From positions 4,365-68,364 of the forward strand of contig JACQPH010000067.1 of NCBI GenBank assembly GCA_016207645.1: a stretch of DNA of 64,000 nt, read 5' to 3'. The DNA is from Elusimicrobiota bacterium (GTDB lineage Bacteria > Elusimicrobiota > Elusimicrobia > Elusimicrobiales > UBA9959). The position numbers were made by a program, and so were the translations under genes. Positions 37,022 through 48,400 of this stretch are shown piece after piece. The notes under the pieces were generated by a model, which was given only the letters and a program-made list of their open reading frames with translations, searched no databases and had not been told where the DNA came from. Each line of letters starts with the position of its first letter. Within the stretch, counting starts at the first letter, position 1.

Positions 37022-37150
37022 ATGAGCGCATTGTGCCGCGAGTACGGCATATCCAGAAAAACGGGGTACAAATTCCGGGACAGGTACCGGTTGTGCAGCG
37101 CCACAGGGCTATTACTGCACGATAATTCTCACCGGCTTGGAAGAAAAAGG
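37022..37150 (+). pseudogene. N-terminal remnant of an IS481/IS3-like transposase (HTH segment only)
   Basis: MSALCREYGISRKTGYKFRDRYR..GLLLHDNSHRLGRK resembles the HTH start of IS481-type transposases (xLCRxFGISRKTGYKW..RY...GL.GL.DRSRRP). No integrase core follows, and the frame runs antisense into the pbpC 3' end. Confidence 0.4.
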
Positions 37151-39535
37151 CGCGTCAGGAAGTCTTGCCTGTATAGTACGCTCTCCGGAAGTGAGCGTAA
37201 GGCGCACCGTATAGGGATAGTCCGCAACCTTGAACGGCTTGCCGTCGACATACCAGACCAGTTGCGGAACAACGGGATCGACGACGGCCCTCAAGGCCAG
37301 CGTTGACTGCTCTTCAGGCGTTTCAGGGTCGCGAATCAGACTCAAACCGTTTTCAGGGGAGATGATGCTCACTTGAATTTTCTTACCGCGCGGCATAAGC
37401 GGCGTTTCCTCCGGCCCCGGCGCGAACAACGCCAGGTCATCCGGTCTTTTGGGCGGCTCGCTCAGTCCGGCCGCTTTTGCCCACTCGGCGTACCGGGGAG
37501 GCAGGTCTACAAAGGTCTTCACGGTTATGAACTCACGGGGCGTTGCGGACGATGCCTGCCCCCCCGTGCGCATGTCCGCGGCGATCCGGACATGAGCCCG
37601 GCAGTGGTTGACGGGGTGTTCCGTGGGCCTGAACCACTCAAGGGAAACCCGGTCGCAGGCGTCCGTTGCCAGGTCGCCGGTCAGCGCACAGATGCGCGCC
37701 GCTTTAAAGCCCCGGGGCGGCGGGAATGACAGGTCGTGCAGGCCTGCCCGCTGATCTGCATGAAGAGTCAGCAATATGTTTTTTACCAGTTCCGCCGCGG
37801 AGGTGGAGCCGGTCAGGTGGTTCATGGGCTGAAAATCCGGGTCCCCCACCCATACACCCACGAGATACCGGACCGAGAACGCCAGCGCCCAGGCGTCGCG
37901 AAAACGGGACGACGTACCGGTTTTGATCGCCACTGGAAAAGGAAATTCGAGCGCGCCCATGCGTGAGAATCCCGGCATACGGCCCAGCGGATCGGACAAA
38001 AACAGCGCGAGCTGCCTGGTCGTATTTTCGGACAGGACGCGTCGGGATACCGGTTTCACCTGCCCCTCGAACCAGAGCAGGTTGTCCAGGCGGCCCTCTC
38101 GTGAGAGCACGGAATAAGCCTGTACCAGCTTTTCCAGCGTAACCGGGAGGTTGCCGATAGACATGCCTACGCCGTACCGGCTTGCGGGCTCAATGCCGTT
38201 GTGCAGGCCGAGGGTGCGGAGAAAATCATAGCCTTTTTCAATACCGATCTTCTCAAGGAGCGCCGCGGCGGGGACGTTGCGGGAATTGGCTAGAGCGATT
38301 CTGGGCAGTACGGGCCCCATGAACAGGGCGTCGGCGTTCACAATCCCGCCCGGGCCGCGCTGCAGGTCGTCAAGAATGGTTGAGGGCGTTATCTCGCGCG
38401 ATTCCAGGGCGAAGGCGTAGAAGAACGGCTTTAAGGCGCTGCCCGGCGATCGCGGGACAGCGGCGTAATCAATTGCGCCTGAATGGTTTTCGTCAAAATA
38501 ATCGGTGGAGCCGATCCAGGACCGTATCTCGTTGCTTTCCCGGTCAACGATAATAGCCGCCGCGTTCCTAGCGCCCGAGGCGTCCCATTTCCGCACGGTC
38601 TCGTACACCAGGCCGCTCATGGCATTCTGCAGATCCAGATCGAGCGTGGTCGTGACAAGGCGGCCCGCCTGCGGCGAAAGCCGCGCTGACCTGTCCTTCA
38701 ATATCTGATCCATTCGCAGCAAAGCATGCATAGCCTGTTCAGGCCTGATGCCCGGGCGCGGAACAGGAAGGTCCGAGATCTGGAAACAGGCTAGTTCGTA
38801 TTCCTCCCGGCTCATCGCTTTGTCGCGGTACAGGATGTCGAGAATGCGTTTACCCCGGAGGGCCGCGCGCCTCTTCCCCTCGCCGGTAAAAGGGTTCATG
38901 TGGTTCGGGGCCTGGGGGATCGCGGTCAGAAAAGCGGTTTCAGCCCAGCTGAGATCGTCAACAGGTTTGTCGAAGTAACGGCGCGCGGCATAGGCGATGC
39001 CGTGGACCCGGTTCCCGTAGGGGACGATGCGCAGATAGTGTCTCAGGATATCCTCTCGGCTGCGCCGCGCCGTGAGGATGAGCGCCGTCAGCGCTTCCAC
39101 GGCCTTGCGCAGATAGCCGCGGGAGCCCGGGTTCTGCATACGGCTGACCTGCATGGCGATCGTGGACGCGCCGGACGAACGTTTCAGATGAATGGCGTTC
39201 TGGCACATTGCCCTTACGATCGCAAGGACATCCACGCCGGGATGGTCCCGGAACCTGCGGTCTTCCACGGCGAGCGTTGCCGTCATGACGCGCGGGGGCG
39301 GCGCTGCCAGCTCCCAATAGCCGTACTCGCCGTCGGGCGGCGCGCCGGCCTCGCCGAGAAATCTGCCGTGCCGGTCACGCAAGAAATAGGTGGAGTCAGG
39401 CGAAACCAACCGGGCGCGCGAAGCCGCGATCACGGCGAGCAGGACGATAACGGACGAAAGGACCGCTCCCGCGAAGGCAAAACATATAAACTGTCGTCGG
39501 ACAAAAAGGTTACGCATACGCTGCTGATATCTCAT
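37112..39535 (-). CDS. pbpC: Penicillin-binding protein 1C (glycosyltransferase + transpeptidase + PBP1C C-terminal domain)
   Basis: GT51 motifs EDRRFRDHPGVD and GASTIAMQV. Transpeptidase motifs SPGSALKP (SxxK), SRN and KTGTS. 807 aa. Immediately downstream of the alpha-2-macroglobulin gene. Confidence 0.9.
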   Translation of the reverse strand: MRYQQRMRNLFVRRQFICFAFAGAVLSSVIVLLAVIAASRARLVSPDSTYFLRDRHGRFLGEAGAPPDGEYGYWELAAPPPRVMTATLAVEDRRFRDHPGVDVLAIVRAMCQNAIHLKRSSGASTIAMQVSRMQNPGSRGYLRKAVEALTALILTARRSREDILRHYLRIVPYGNRVHGIAYAARRYFDKPVDDLSWAETAFLTAIPQAPNHMNPFTGEGKRRAALRGKRILDILYRDKAMSREEYELACFQISDLPVPRPGIRPEQAMHALLRMDQILKDRSARLSPQAGRLVTTTLDLDLQNAMSGLVYETVRKWDASGARNAAAIIVDRESNEIRSWIGSTDYFDENHSGAIDYAAVPRSPGSALKPFFYAFALESREITPSTILDDLQRGPGGIVNADALFMGPVLPRIALANSRNVPAAALLEKIGIEKGYDFLRTLGLHNGIEPASRYGVGMSIGNLPVTLEKLVQAYSVLSREGRLDNLLWFEGQVKPVSRRVLSENTTRQLALFLSDPLGRMPGFSRMGALEFPFPVAIKTGTSSRFRDAWALAFSVRYLVGVWVGDPDFQPMNHLTGSTSAAELVKNILLTLHADQRAGLHDLSFPPPRGFKAARICALTGDLATDACDRVSLEWFRPTEHPVNHCRAHVRIAADMRTGGQASSATPREFITVKTFVDLPPRYAEWAKAAGLSEPPKRPDDLALFAPGPEETPLMPRGKKIQVSIISPENGLSLIRDPETPEEQSTLALRAVVDPVVPQLVWYVDGKPFKVADYPYTVRLTLTSGERTIQARLPDAPFSSKPVRIIVQ

Positions 39536-39579
39536 GGCGCTTGCTGCCCGGTATAACCGTTCCGTTGAACTGCGTTCAG

Positions 39580-42500
39580 TTACTCCCCGGCCTTGCTTTT
39601 CACCAGGACCTTCGCCCCATTCGACAGCCCGAAAACCGCCGCATCGTACATCATCTCCGCCTTGGCGCCGGGCTGGATGAAAGTTCCGGCAACGGTCGCC
39701 CTGGTCCTGAAATAGAAATCATACGTCCCGGCCGGAAGCACATTGTAATAGAACGCCGCCTGATCGTCCTGATAGGATAAATCGGGGGGGCTGAGGGTCT
39801 TATTTCCCGCGGGCGCCGCCTCCGGCGCCGCCGTCCGGAGATCAGGGTTCAGCGGTTCCATGCCGGCCGCGAGCGGCGCGCTCACAGCCACATAATGGCG
39901 CTCCTTGGGATTCACGACCTGCACATGCTCTTCAACGACGTCCCCGACCGCGAAGGTCTGCGTCGTGCCCGCTTCGGTCAAGGGGAACTTCACGGGCGGC
40001 GCGTCTTTCCTGACCAGGAGCAATTCCCGTGTCACCACGAAACCGCTGCTCTGCGCCGCCACCCTGCTGCCATCCTCGGCGGGAATATAGGACGTGTCCA
40101 CGCGCACGGCGATCGGCCGCGGGCCTGCATTGCTTTGCAGGACCGCTTCCCCCGCGCCTGTACCGGTTCCAGATACAAAGCCCAGCGGGAGGTCCGGCCC
40201 CAGGCGGATCGTCTGTTCTTTTCCGTCGAGCGTGACGCGGACCCGGGCTTCTTTGGCGCCGGAATAGGGCGGCCTCAGTATTTCCGACAACGCCAGAAGC
40301 GCTTCGGCATTCGCGTTAGTGGTCCCCCACCCGTCGTCCTGGCCGAGCGTTACAAGGGAATCAACGAGCAGCGGAAGCCGCTGGTTCTTCGCATCGTAGC
40401 GCGCAACAGCCCGTGTCATCTGCGCGATCGTGCGCGTTTCGGTCGGCAGGATGAGATCGTTCCGCGTCGGATTTTTCTCCTGCAAGCCTCCGTACATTTC
40501 CCGGCCCTGGTACAGGCGCACCACGATACCGTCCCAGAGCGCTTTTTCGAGCTGCGCCGCCGTTGACGAATCCTGCTCCGCCAAGGCGAAGGAATAGAGG
40601 ACCGTCGCTATGCTTTCCAGGTTCAGGAACTGCGCTTTTCTCGCCAGCTCGGCGGCGTAGGCTGAGTTGTATTTGCCCGCCCGGGTCAGGGCAAGGAGCG
40701 CCCACACCCGCTCGGCAAATGATTCTCCGTCTATGAACCGGCTGTAATCCGACCGCAGGGCCCGTTCAAGGGAGTTCGTAAGCCGGCCGAGGATCTTTTC
40801 ATCTATCGTAAAGCCGGCTTCTTTTGCCTCCACCAGGAACTGCAGGGTCCAGGCCGTCAGGCTGACATATCCCCGTGATCCCGGCCAGAACGCGACCTGG
40901 CCGTCCCCGTCGATCACCGTGGGGATCAGGTTCAGGACCTCGCTCACCGACTGTTTCATCTCCCTGTCCGAACCCTCCTGTTTCAGCAGCGTCCGGAACT
41001 TCCGCAACGCCATGTACACGCGGGCGCGGCTGAGCTGCTGTTCCGTGCACCCATAGGGATAGTGCATGAAGAAATCTAATCCCGCCGCCATCTTGATAAG
41101 GCCCGGCTGGTCCGAGAGCAGCACCGAGCGCGTAAGCGTGCCGGGCCGGACGGTTTCCTCCACCGCGGCAATGACGAGCGGCTCCGAAGACTTAAGCTCC
41201 GCGAACATCCTTTTCGATACCCTGCCCCGGTCCTCGCGGAGCGGCAGCCTGACCTCGAAGGCGTCCTTTGCATTATCCGAATTCCTGCGCACACCGACGG
41301 TAAACGTCACGTCCTGGAGCGCCGGCCTGCCCTCGGCGGTATAGGCCGGGGAAGCCGCTTCCACGGGGAATTCGATGCGCAGCGGCTTGCTCCCGGTCCA
41401 TTGTATGTCCTGCTTCGCGGGGCCGTTGATCTTCAAGCCCTGCACTTTATACTCTGTCTGCCCGGGCCCGTCATGTCCTTCCACGATCCTGCTGATCGCC
41501 GCCGCCGTGAATACGTCTCCGGGCCGCACAAAGCGCGGCAGGGCCGGCTGCACGATGAGCGGCAACCGCACCGCCAGATGTCCCACGGCATAGCCGAACC
41601 GCTCGGGGCCGGCTGCGGCCTTGGCGCGCAGTTTGAAGTTCGTCAAGTCGTCGGAAAGCGTGATCTCCACGACCGCCTTCCCGTCGGGACCGATCGTGAT
41701 GAGCGGATTGTAGTACGGCACGGTCTTAAAGTTCTTGCGCACCGTAACTTTATCCAGCAGCGGCTCCGCCGCGCCCTCGTCGCCGCCGGGGTTTTCCGCA
41801 AAGGGCAGACTGCCTAAGGCCAGGTTGCGGGAATCATGGACCTTGAGAAAAGAGTTGACCTGCCTGATGAAATCAGGCACCGGATCGAGGCGCTGTTCCT
41901 TGCCCAGGGACAGCACGGCCTGGTCGACGAGCCAGAGCGTCACCTCTCCGGACAAAGGCCCGCCGGAAGGGTCTTTAAGCGAGACGGCAACCTTGATCTT
42001 TTCTCCCGGCCGGGCCACGGGCGGATATTCGAGCGCCAGCTTCAACTGTTGCGCCAGGGGATTAACGTCTAGCCACGCAGTTGCCGCCATGGTTTCCGGC
42101 TTGCCCGCATCCATGCCGCCGGCCGGAGCGGGACCGGCGCCGGCCAGCCTGCCGCGCATCAGGATAAAGTGGACCGGCAGGCGCGGCGCATAATTGCCTT
42201 CGATCGGATGGGAAAAGACGGCCACGCCTTTGTCGACGTCAAGCCATTGATACTTGTTGCCGTCGGGCGTTTCGACTATGGCAAGAGCCCTGGCTTTCTG
42301 GAACGGACTCTGAAGAACGATCCTGGCGGTCATGCCGGGATCGTATTTTGCCTTATCAGGCGTCACGGTGAATACGCGCGTGAAAGGCTTGGGCCAGGCT
42401 ACGCGCTCGTCCCCGCCGGCATACAGATCGACGCGTACCACCTGCGCGCGGTCCAGCTTGTCGTGCGCTTCCAGTTCTACGATGTACACGCCGGCTCGGG

Positions 42501-45420
42501 GGACCGGGAACGTCACCGTCACCGGTTCAGCGGCGCTGGTGATCGTATTCTCGGAAACCTTTTCGTCGACCACGTCGGTCACGTAGCGGGCCACGCCGTC
42601 GGAAAAATCGCTGGCTTTGAGCGCCGAGTGCCACTCCCGCCGCAGAAGCCGCACCGTCACCTCCTTGCCCGCGAGCAGCGCGTCATCAGGCCCCGTGACG
42701 ATGATCTCCGGGGAGATCTCTTTTGCCCGCTCGATATAGCGCGGAACCTTCAGCCCGAGCACAAAGGCGGGCAGCGCGGAGATGGATTTCGAGGCGCTTA
42801 CGGTCTGATCGTCAGCCCCGGTGACCGTGGCCTCCACCAGGTAGGTCCGCGGCTGCGCGGTCAGCTCCAGCGCGGGATTGAGCAGGACCCCCGCCGAGCC
42901 GTTCTCGTCCGTCGTGTCCTGCTTCTCCAGACGAGGCGACGCCTGGAACCGCTCGGTCCGCGAAAAACGTCCGTCCGATGAGTAGAGGAATCCCTCCCGC
43001 TTCTTCGGCGTCCATGCCAGCGGAAACTGCGTCACGCGCCATTCTACGGGCTGGCCCCCGACCTTGCCGCCCGCATAATAGGAGGCCGTAAGTTTGACCT
43101 CGAATTCCTTGTCCAGCGACGTCTGGTCCGGGCCGTGCAAGTCAACTTCAAAGAGCGGGAGCCGGTAAGCCTCCAGCTGGAAGGTGACCCGGCCGTAGCT
43201 TTCCGTGCGGTCCTGGTTTTCAAGATGGGCCGAATATGTTCCCGTGGGAAGGTCTTTTTCCGAGAAGGCATGGTAAAAGCTGCCGAGCTCGGTCAGGACC
43301 GCGGGATATTTCCACGATATCTCGCCCGGACCTTCGACGATCAGCCAGCCTGCCGCCCTGACCGGCGTGAGACGCCCTTTTTCCCGCTTGCGCAGGTATC
43401 CTTTGATATGCACTTCCTCTTCGGGCCGGTACATGGGCCGTTCCGTGAAGATATGGCTCACTATCTGCGGTTGTGCCCCCCGGCCGGCAAGCGATTCCTG
43501 CGTCCATTGCAGCCAGGCCGACCGGTCAACGGACCATTGGTTGTCGTAATAGACATCAGGCGGGTTCGCGGGGTCCAGCACGAGCAGGTCTTTGTCTTTC
43601 TCCACCGTGATCCGCCGTACTGTTCTCTGCTCGCGGGAGGGATCGCGGCCCGGCGCGCGCCAGCGGAATACGCCTTCCCCGTCAGTGGTCCCCTCGGCCA
43701 GGGTCGTCCAGGATGTCCTGCCGCGATCGTACAGGGTCCCTTCGACGCGCACACGGGCATTGGGAACAGGCTGGGCCGATTGGAGCGACGTGACGATATA
43801 TCTGACCGCATCGGGTTCTTCTACCGTAGTGAGCGACAGATCCGTGACCTGCAGCCGCATCCACGACCTTCTGCTTCCCGCGGCGACGTCGCGCAAGCCG
43901 ATGAGATAGGCGCCCGGCCGCTCATGACCGGAAAGCCTTGCCAGGTGCGGCGTAAGATCGAGGCCGAAGGAAGCGGAACCGCCTTCCTTTTTGAGCGGCA
44001 GCGGAACGAGCGCCGAGACTGGCGGCGATCCCAGGATGGAGATCTGGCGCGCCAGTTCGCCGGCGCCGGCCGATTGATCCGGCGCGCTAAAAGGCATGGG
44101 CTCTTCGCCGGGTCCTGGCGGACGGCTGCCGTCATCCGTTTCCAGCGGCTGACCGGTGAAAGGCCAGAACGACCGGTCGAGCGGCGGCAGCGGATATATA
44201 CGCAGATCCACGCGCTCTTCCCCTCTGCCTTCGACGGGGATCATCTGCTTGCCGAACCGTTCGGCGATGCCCTGTCCGGCCCTCAGCCGGACATAGCTTC
44301 GTTCGCGGGGGAAATACACGAACACCTCGCTCGCGCCTTTCATCTCAAGTTGCTTCCCGCGCTGGTCCCTGACCGGCGTAGGCGATAGCGACACCCGGTA
44401 TAGCGTGTCACGGCGAAAGTCGCCGGTTATGATCAGCCTGCTTCCTTCGAGCCGGTAGGAGAGTTTGGCCACCGCGGGGGAAAACCTGACAAGGTTTCTT
44501 CCCGTCACCACCAGGGCGTCATCCGCAAGGTCCGGGGAAGCGGAAAATTCGGCCACAATGTCCAGGGCCGAGGAGTCGCCGCGTATGGCCTGCTCCTGCG
44601 TATAATGCGAACCTTCGGGGGTAATGGGGTATCCGCTCCGTCTGGTTCCCAGGGACACTACCCGGAAAGGCTCGGCGGTGGAAAAAGAAAAATCGCGAAA
44701 GGATTCCGTATCCTGGTCGGCGAGCGCCAGGCGCATGTGGACGTTCGTCCTGATGCCGGGGGGAATGGGCTCTTTGAGCGTCAGCACGTACGAGGCTTTT
44801 TCAGCGCGGGACCGGCGCTCCACTACCTTGACGGTAAAGTCGTTCTTCGCCAGCCACCGCGACGCAGCGGAGCCCACGCCGGGCAAAGGGCGCAGTTCGA
44901 GCGATATCATGCCTGCCAGGGCCCCGGGATCGAGCGGCTCGGCGAAAGTCAGCGTGATGTTCTTCACCTGTTCCAGTCCCTCGGCCAGGTCCGCCGGGTC
45001 CGTCAAGACCGGCGCTTCCATCAAGGTAAAGAGCGCGGTTGTTTTTTTATCCGCGGTCCAGATGAAGCGCGACAGCGACGGCCATGGTTCGGAGGGCTGG
45101 AATTGGAGCGTCCTGCCGTCAAGCCAGCGGTAGGAGCCCGGATGATCCGTATCCACGGTGACGAATCTTTCGGGCTGATCTTCAGGACCGCCTTCCTTCG
45201 GCCCTCGTTCCTGGGAAAAGAAGATCGTTACCGGATCCCAGCGCCGGAGAAAATGCTCCGGGATAACCGTGGTTTCCGTAACGAACTCCGGCCGGATGTT
45301 AGTTGCCGCCTGCCGTGCTTCACTGCGGGCGACAACGGGCGCGCTGAGGATCAACAGGGCCGGAATAATTCCTGAAAGACCGCTGTTCCTGGCTGCTCTC
45401 GAAAATACTGTCGTGTTCAT
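39580..45420 (-). CDS. Bacterial alpha-2-macroglobulin family protein with intact thioester motif
   Basis: YPYGCTEQ thioester site (CTEQ codons at 41038-41049), a long series of MG-type beta-sandwich regions, and a signal peptide (MNTTVFSRAARNSGLSGIIPALLILSAPVVA). ATG 45420 has GAAGGAG upstream. The ORF-track start at 45450 is an alternative. Confidence 0.9.
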   Translation of the reverse strand: MNTTVFSRAARNSGLSGIIPALLILSAPVVARSEARQAATNIRPEFVTETTVIPEHFLRRWDPVTIFFSQERGPKEGGPEDQPERFVTVDTDHPGSYRWLDGRTLQFQPSEPWPSLSRFIWTADKKTTALFTLMEAPVLTDPADLAEGLEQVKNITLTFAEPLDPGALAGMISLELRPLPGVGSAASRWLAKNDFTVKVVERRSRAEKASYVLTLKEPIPPGIRTNVHMRLALADQDTESFRDFSFSTAEPFRVVSLGTRRSGYPITPEGSHYTQEQAIRGDSSALDIVAEFSASPDLADDALVVTGRNLVRFSPAVAKLSYRLEGSRLIITGDFRRDTLYRVSLSPTPVRDQRGKQLEMKGASEVFVYFPRERSYVRLRAGQGIAERFGKQMIPVEGRGEERVDLRIYPLPPLDRSFWPFTGQPLETDDGSRPPGPGEEPMPFSAPDQSAGAGELARQISILGSPPVSALVPLPLKKEGGSASFGLDLTPHLARLSGHERPGAYLIGLRDVAAGSRRSWMRLQVTDLSLTTVEEPDAVRYIVTSLQSAQPVPNARVRVEGTLYDRGRTSWTTLAEGTTDGEGVFRWRAPGRDPSREQRTVRRITVEKDKDLLVLDPANPPDVYYDNQWSVDRSAWLQWTQESLAGRGAQPQIVSHIFTERPMYRPEEEVHIKGYLRKREKGRLTPVRAAGWLIVEGPGEISWKYPAVLTELGSFYHAFSEKDLPTGTYSAHLENQDRTESYGRVTFQLEAYRLPLFEVDLHGPDQTSLDKEFEVKLTASYYAGGKVGGQPVEWRVTQFPLAWTPKKREGFLYSSDGRFSRTERFQASPRLEKQDTTDENGSAGVLLNPALELTAQPRTYLVEATVTGADDQTVSASKSISALPAFVLGLKVPRYIERAKEISPEIIVTGPDDALLAGKEVTVRLLRREWHSALKASDFSDGVARYVTDVVDEKVSENTITSAAEPVTVTFPVPRAGVYIVELEAHDKLDRAQVVRVDLYAGGDERVAWPKPFTRVFTVTPDKAKYDPGMTARIVLQSPFQKARALAIVETPDGNKYQWLDVDKGVAVFSHPIEGNYAPRLPVHFILMRGRLAGAGPAPAGGMDAGKPETMAATAWLDVNPLAQQLKLALEYPPVARPGEKIKVAVSLKDPSGGPLSGEVTLWLVDQAVLSLGKEQRLDPVPDFIRQVNSFLKVHDSRNLALGSLPFAENPGGDEGAAEPLLDKVTVRKNFKTVPYYNPLITIGPDGKAVVEITLSDDLTNFKLRAKAAAGPERFGYAVGHLAVRLPLIVQPALPRFVRPGDVFTAAAISRIVEGHDGPGQTEYKVQGLKINGPAKQDIQWTGSKPLRIEFPVEAASPAYTAEGRPALQDVTFTVGVRRNSDNAKDAFEVRLPLREDRGRVSKRMFAELKSSEPLVIAAVEETVRPGTLTRSVLLSDQPGLIKMAAGLDFFMHYPYGCTEQQLSRARVYMALRKFRTLLKQEGSDREMKQSVSEVLNLIPTVIDGDGQVAFWPGSRGYVSLTAWTLQFLVEAKEAGFTIDEKILGRLTNSLERALRSDYSRFIDGESFAERVWALLALTRAGKYNSAYAAELARKAQFLNLESIATVLYSFALAEQDSSTAAQLEKALWDGIVVRLYQGREMYGGLQEKNPTRNDLILPTETRTIAQMTRAVARYDAKNQRLPLLVDSLVTLGQDDGWGTTNANAEALLALSEILRPPYSGAKEARVRVTLDGKEQTIRLGPDLPLGFVSGTGTGAGEAVLQSNAGPRPIAVRVDTSYIPAEDGSRVAAQSSGFVVTRELLLVRKDAPPVKFPLTEAGTTQTFAVGDVVEEHVQVVNPKERHYVAVSAPLAAGMEPLNPDLRTAAPEAAPAGNKTLSPPDLSYQDDQAAFYYNVLPAGTYDFYFRTRATVAGTFIQPGAKAEMMYDAAVFGLSNGAKVLVKSKAGE

Positions 45421-45480
45421 AACAGGTCGCGCTCCTTCGGTGTGGAACATCCCCGCTCACCGCATTCCATTCAATTTAAC

Positions 45481-48400
45481 TCATTCCCCGGTTTCTCCCT
45501 CGCCATTCTCTTCTCCGTATTCCGGTTCAGCAGCAGGCGTCGGGCTGTCAGATGTCTGTTCACCCTGACTTTCGTAACCCATGTCCTGCGAGCCCCTGCG
45601 GCTCGAATACGCGGCAGGCATTTCCGCTTCAGGGGAGAGATATCTCGTGATCTCCTCAGGCGGAGGTCCCGAGTCGGGAGCCTTAAGCCCCACAAGCGCC
45701 GGCCGCACTTTTACCGGCGCCGCGGCGTCGGGGGCGCGCAGTTTCATCAGGTAGGGGCCCGGTTTCAATCTGAGCATCTGGGCCACGCCCTTGCCCAGGA
45801 CCGCGCCCGCGCTGTTCAGAATTTCCATATCGATGCCGTCGGAATCAGCCTTCACGCCGGCGCCGATCATGCCTTCCTGCCGGACCGTGAACGAAAAGAG
45901 CCTCGCTGAACCGGGCGCGAGCAGCGCCTCGGGCCCCAGACCTTCGTCCGTCGGGGTGACGCTTGAACCTGAAATGGAAACCTGTCCCGACATGCCGCCT
46001 CCGGCAAAAGCGCGCAGCCGAAGCTCCGCCGAGCCCCCGGGCAGATAGGCGTCAAGCGTGACTCCCCGGGAATGGACCTCTACTTCGGGCGTCTTTTCGC
46101 CCCGGGCCAGGTACGTTACGAGGGGTGCGGCGCTGCGCACGTGAAGCATGACGGGGTTTGCCGCCTCGATCCGGTACGCGCGAAGTTTTCCGTCAAGAGG
46201 CAGGAGAGCGGGTAATGTCACCGCTGTCCTGTCCGGCTTTTCGCTTGCAGCCCAGAGATCCGCGGCTTCCTCCCCCGGTCTGTCCAGCCAGGCCAGCAGC
46301 GCGCCGGGGCCGTGCTCAACGACCAGCGTGCCGCCCTGTTCGCCGATCTCCATGTCATTGGCCGCGGAGACGGCGCCGGTCTTGTCCGTAAAGACCGCGT
46401 TCCTGCCGCCCCTGACATGCAGGGTCCTGCGGTTTTCAATGGGCGTTTTTCCCGCGGCAATGGAAAGCCGTGATCTTCCCGAGTTGAGCATTATCCGCTC
46501 AAAGGGCTGCCCGATCGCAAGAGGGGCGGTGAACAGCGCATCGGCAAGGGGGGCGTGATCGATGGAAAAATAGTCCTCCCCTTCCCGGGTATGAAGCAAA
46601 AGCAGGCGCTGGGCATCGGTTTCGCAGGTTTCCGTAAAGGCTTTCCCTTCAGCCCAGTGAACGCTGGCGACGGTGCCGTCTTTCAGCAGCGCGGCGACAA
46701 GGGCTTCTCCCAGGGAAAGCTGTATTCGTTTTTTGCCCTGCGGGAGTTCGTACAGCCGCGCCTTCTTCCCCTCTATCGCGCCATGCAGACCGGCCTTGCC
46801 GGAAGCGGTTTCAGGCGCGTGAAAACCTAACTGCATAACACGCGCTTCAAATGGTTCATCAACGGGAGAAGCGGCCCAGAGCCGCGCAACGGGATTTTTC
46901 GGCTGAAGCGACAGACTGAGGGAGCCGTGCTCGCCGACCATAAATTGGCCGGTATTCACCGGCTCGTTCCCGCCCTGCTCGATGAGCTCGACAGCCGGCC
47001 GCCCGGCGCGCGCTGAAGCGATGACGAGAACAGGACCCTGGCCGTCGCTGGCAAGATCGCACAGCATCTTTTCACGGCCCCGCATCCTGAGTTGAACGGC
47101 TTTATTCACGCCCGATCCGAGTCCCAGGCGCTCCGCCCGGGCAACGGGAACCGGGCCGCGCGTCGCTGTTTCCCCGGTGATCCAGACAAAGCCCGGCTGA
47201 ACAGGCAGGAAGTTTTCCGGCTGCTCGCAGGCGCGGAGTACTCCTGCCGACCAGCGCAGGCTTCGGAATTCTTCCGGTATGCGCAGCAAGCCGCCGCGTT
47301 CAAACCTCACTGCCGCGGCGGCAATGGCTGTCCTGGCCCCCTGGGCAAGGGACAGGTCTATTCCCCTTTTCAGATCCCCTTCGGTGAACTGCGGCGGTGA
47401 TACGAACAGTGCGGAGAGTTCCACTGACGTAGCGCGCCGGTCCATGGACCAGAGGCGCAGGCGATACCGGACATTTGACGGCGGCGCCAGGGGCTCGCGA
47501 AGCGGCACCTCAAGGCGCGCGTCGCGTCCGGATGCCGATCCGATGGTTTTCCAGCCGTCCTGTTCAGCGACTTCAACGGCCATCCCGATGTTTTCCGGCG
47601 CCCGTGCGGACAGCATCAGGAGCTCTCCCTGGGCGGGCAGTGTGAGCGGAAAAAGCTGGACGGAATCAGTCAGCGTTATGCTCGCGTTCGCCGGCAGGAG
47701 GAGCGCTTTTTTCCCCTCTTCTTTAGGGACTCTTACCGATACGGTGCAGGCGCCCTGTCCGGGCCCGACGGGTTCGACATGCAATCTGTAATTTCCCGGT
47801 TTCAGCGCCGCGGAGATATGGAAATTCCAGTCATCGGGCCGGTCGTCGTTTTCAGCGATCAAAAGCCCGTCTTCGGTCGTCAACCGCGCCTTCACGTCAA
47901 CGCCGCCGAAAGACGACAATTCCACCAAACCCGCCCGGCCGATCGCAACAGGAACTACGGACGGCGCGCCGACATCGCGGCTGAGCCCGGCCATCAGGGG
48001 TACAGGCCGGACGGCCACGCGGTAAGCAGCCTGGTTGTTGACGCGCACTGAGGCCGCGTCGATGCGGTACGAACCCGCCTGCAGCCTGCCCTGCCAGCCG
48101 CGCGCAGGCGGGATGAAGGCGGCGCGTTTCGAAGTGCCGCCGGGATTGATCCTTAAAAGCTCGCCCTGCATCTCTCCGGTCAGTTCTACCGAGACCTCGC
48201 CGTCAGCTGGGAGTTCGAAATTCCACTGGTCGGGCCGGCGCTCTTTTTGCGATTCGGGCTCCCTCCAGGTATGATCCACGGCAACGGCCAGCGGCAACCG
48301 GTGCGGGCCGTGTCCCTTGAACCGGCGCGGCGGCTGCACCGGTTCGATCAATGTCACGAGCCGGGCGTCCGTGTTTTCCGGCAGGAGGATCAACCGGTAC

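Noticed and set aside
37074-37081. TCCGGGAC match to the 3' acceptor/T-arm end of tRNA-Gln as a possible island att repeat
   Set aside because: Only 8 contiguous bases match (11 of 12 with a gap), and they lie inside the transposase-remnant reading frame. That is too short to distinguish from chance in GC-rich DNA. It is flagged only as something a formal repeat search should revisit.
37010-37306. 98-aa ORF as an intact gene
   Set aside because: Only the first ~40 residues resemble a transposase HTH. The rest is antisense to the pbpC C-terminal domain and has no transposase core, so it is treated as a remnant.
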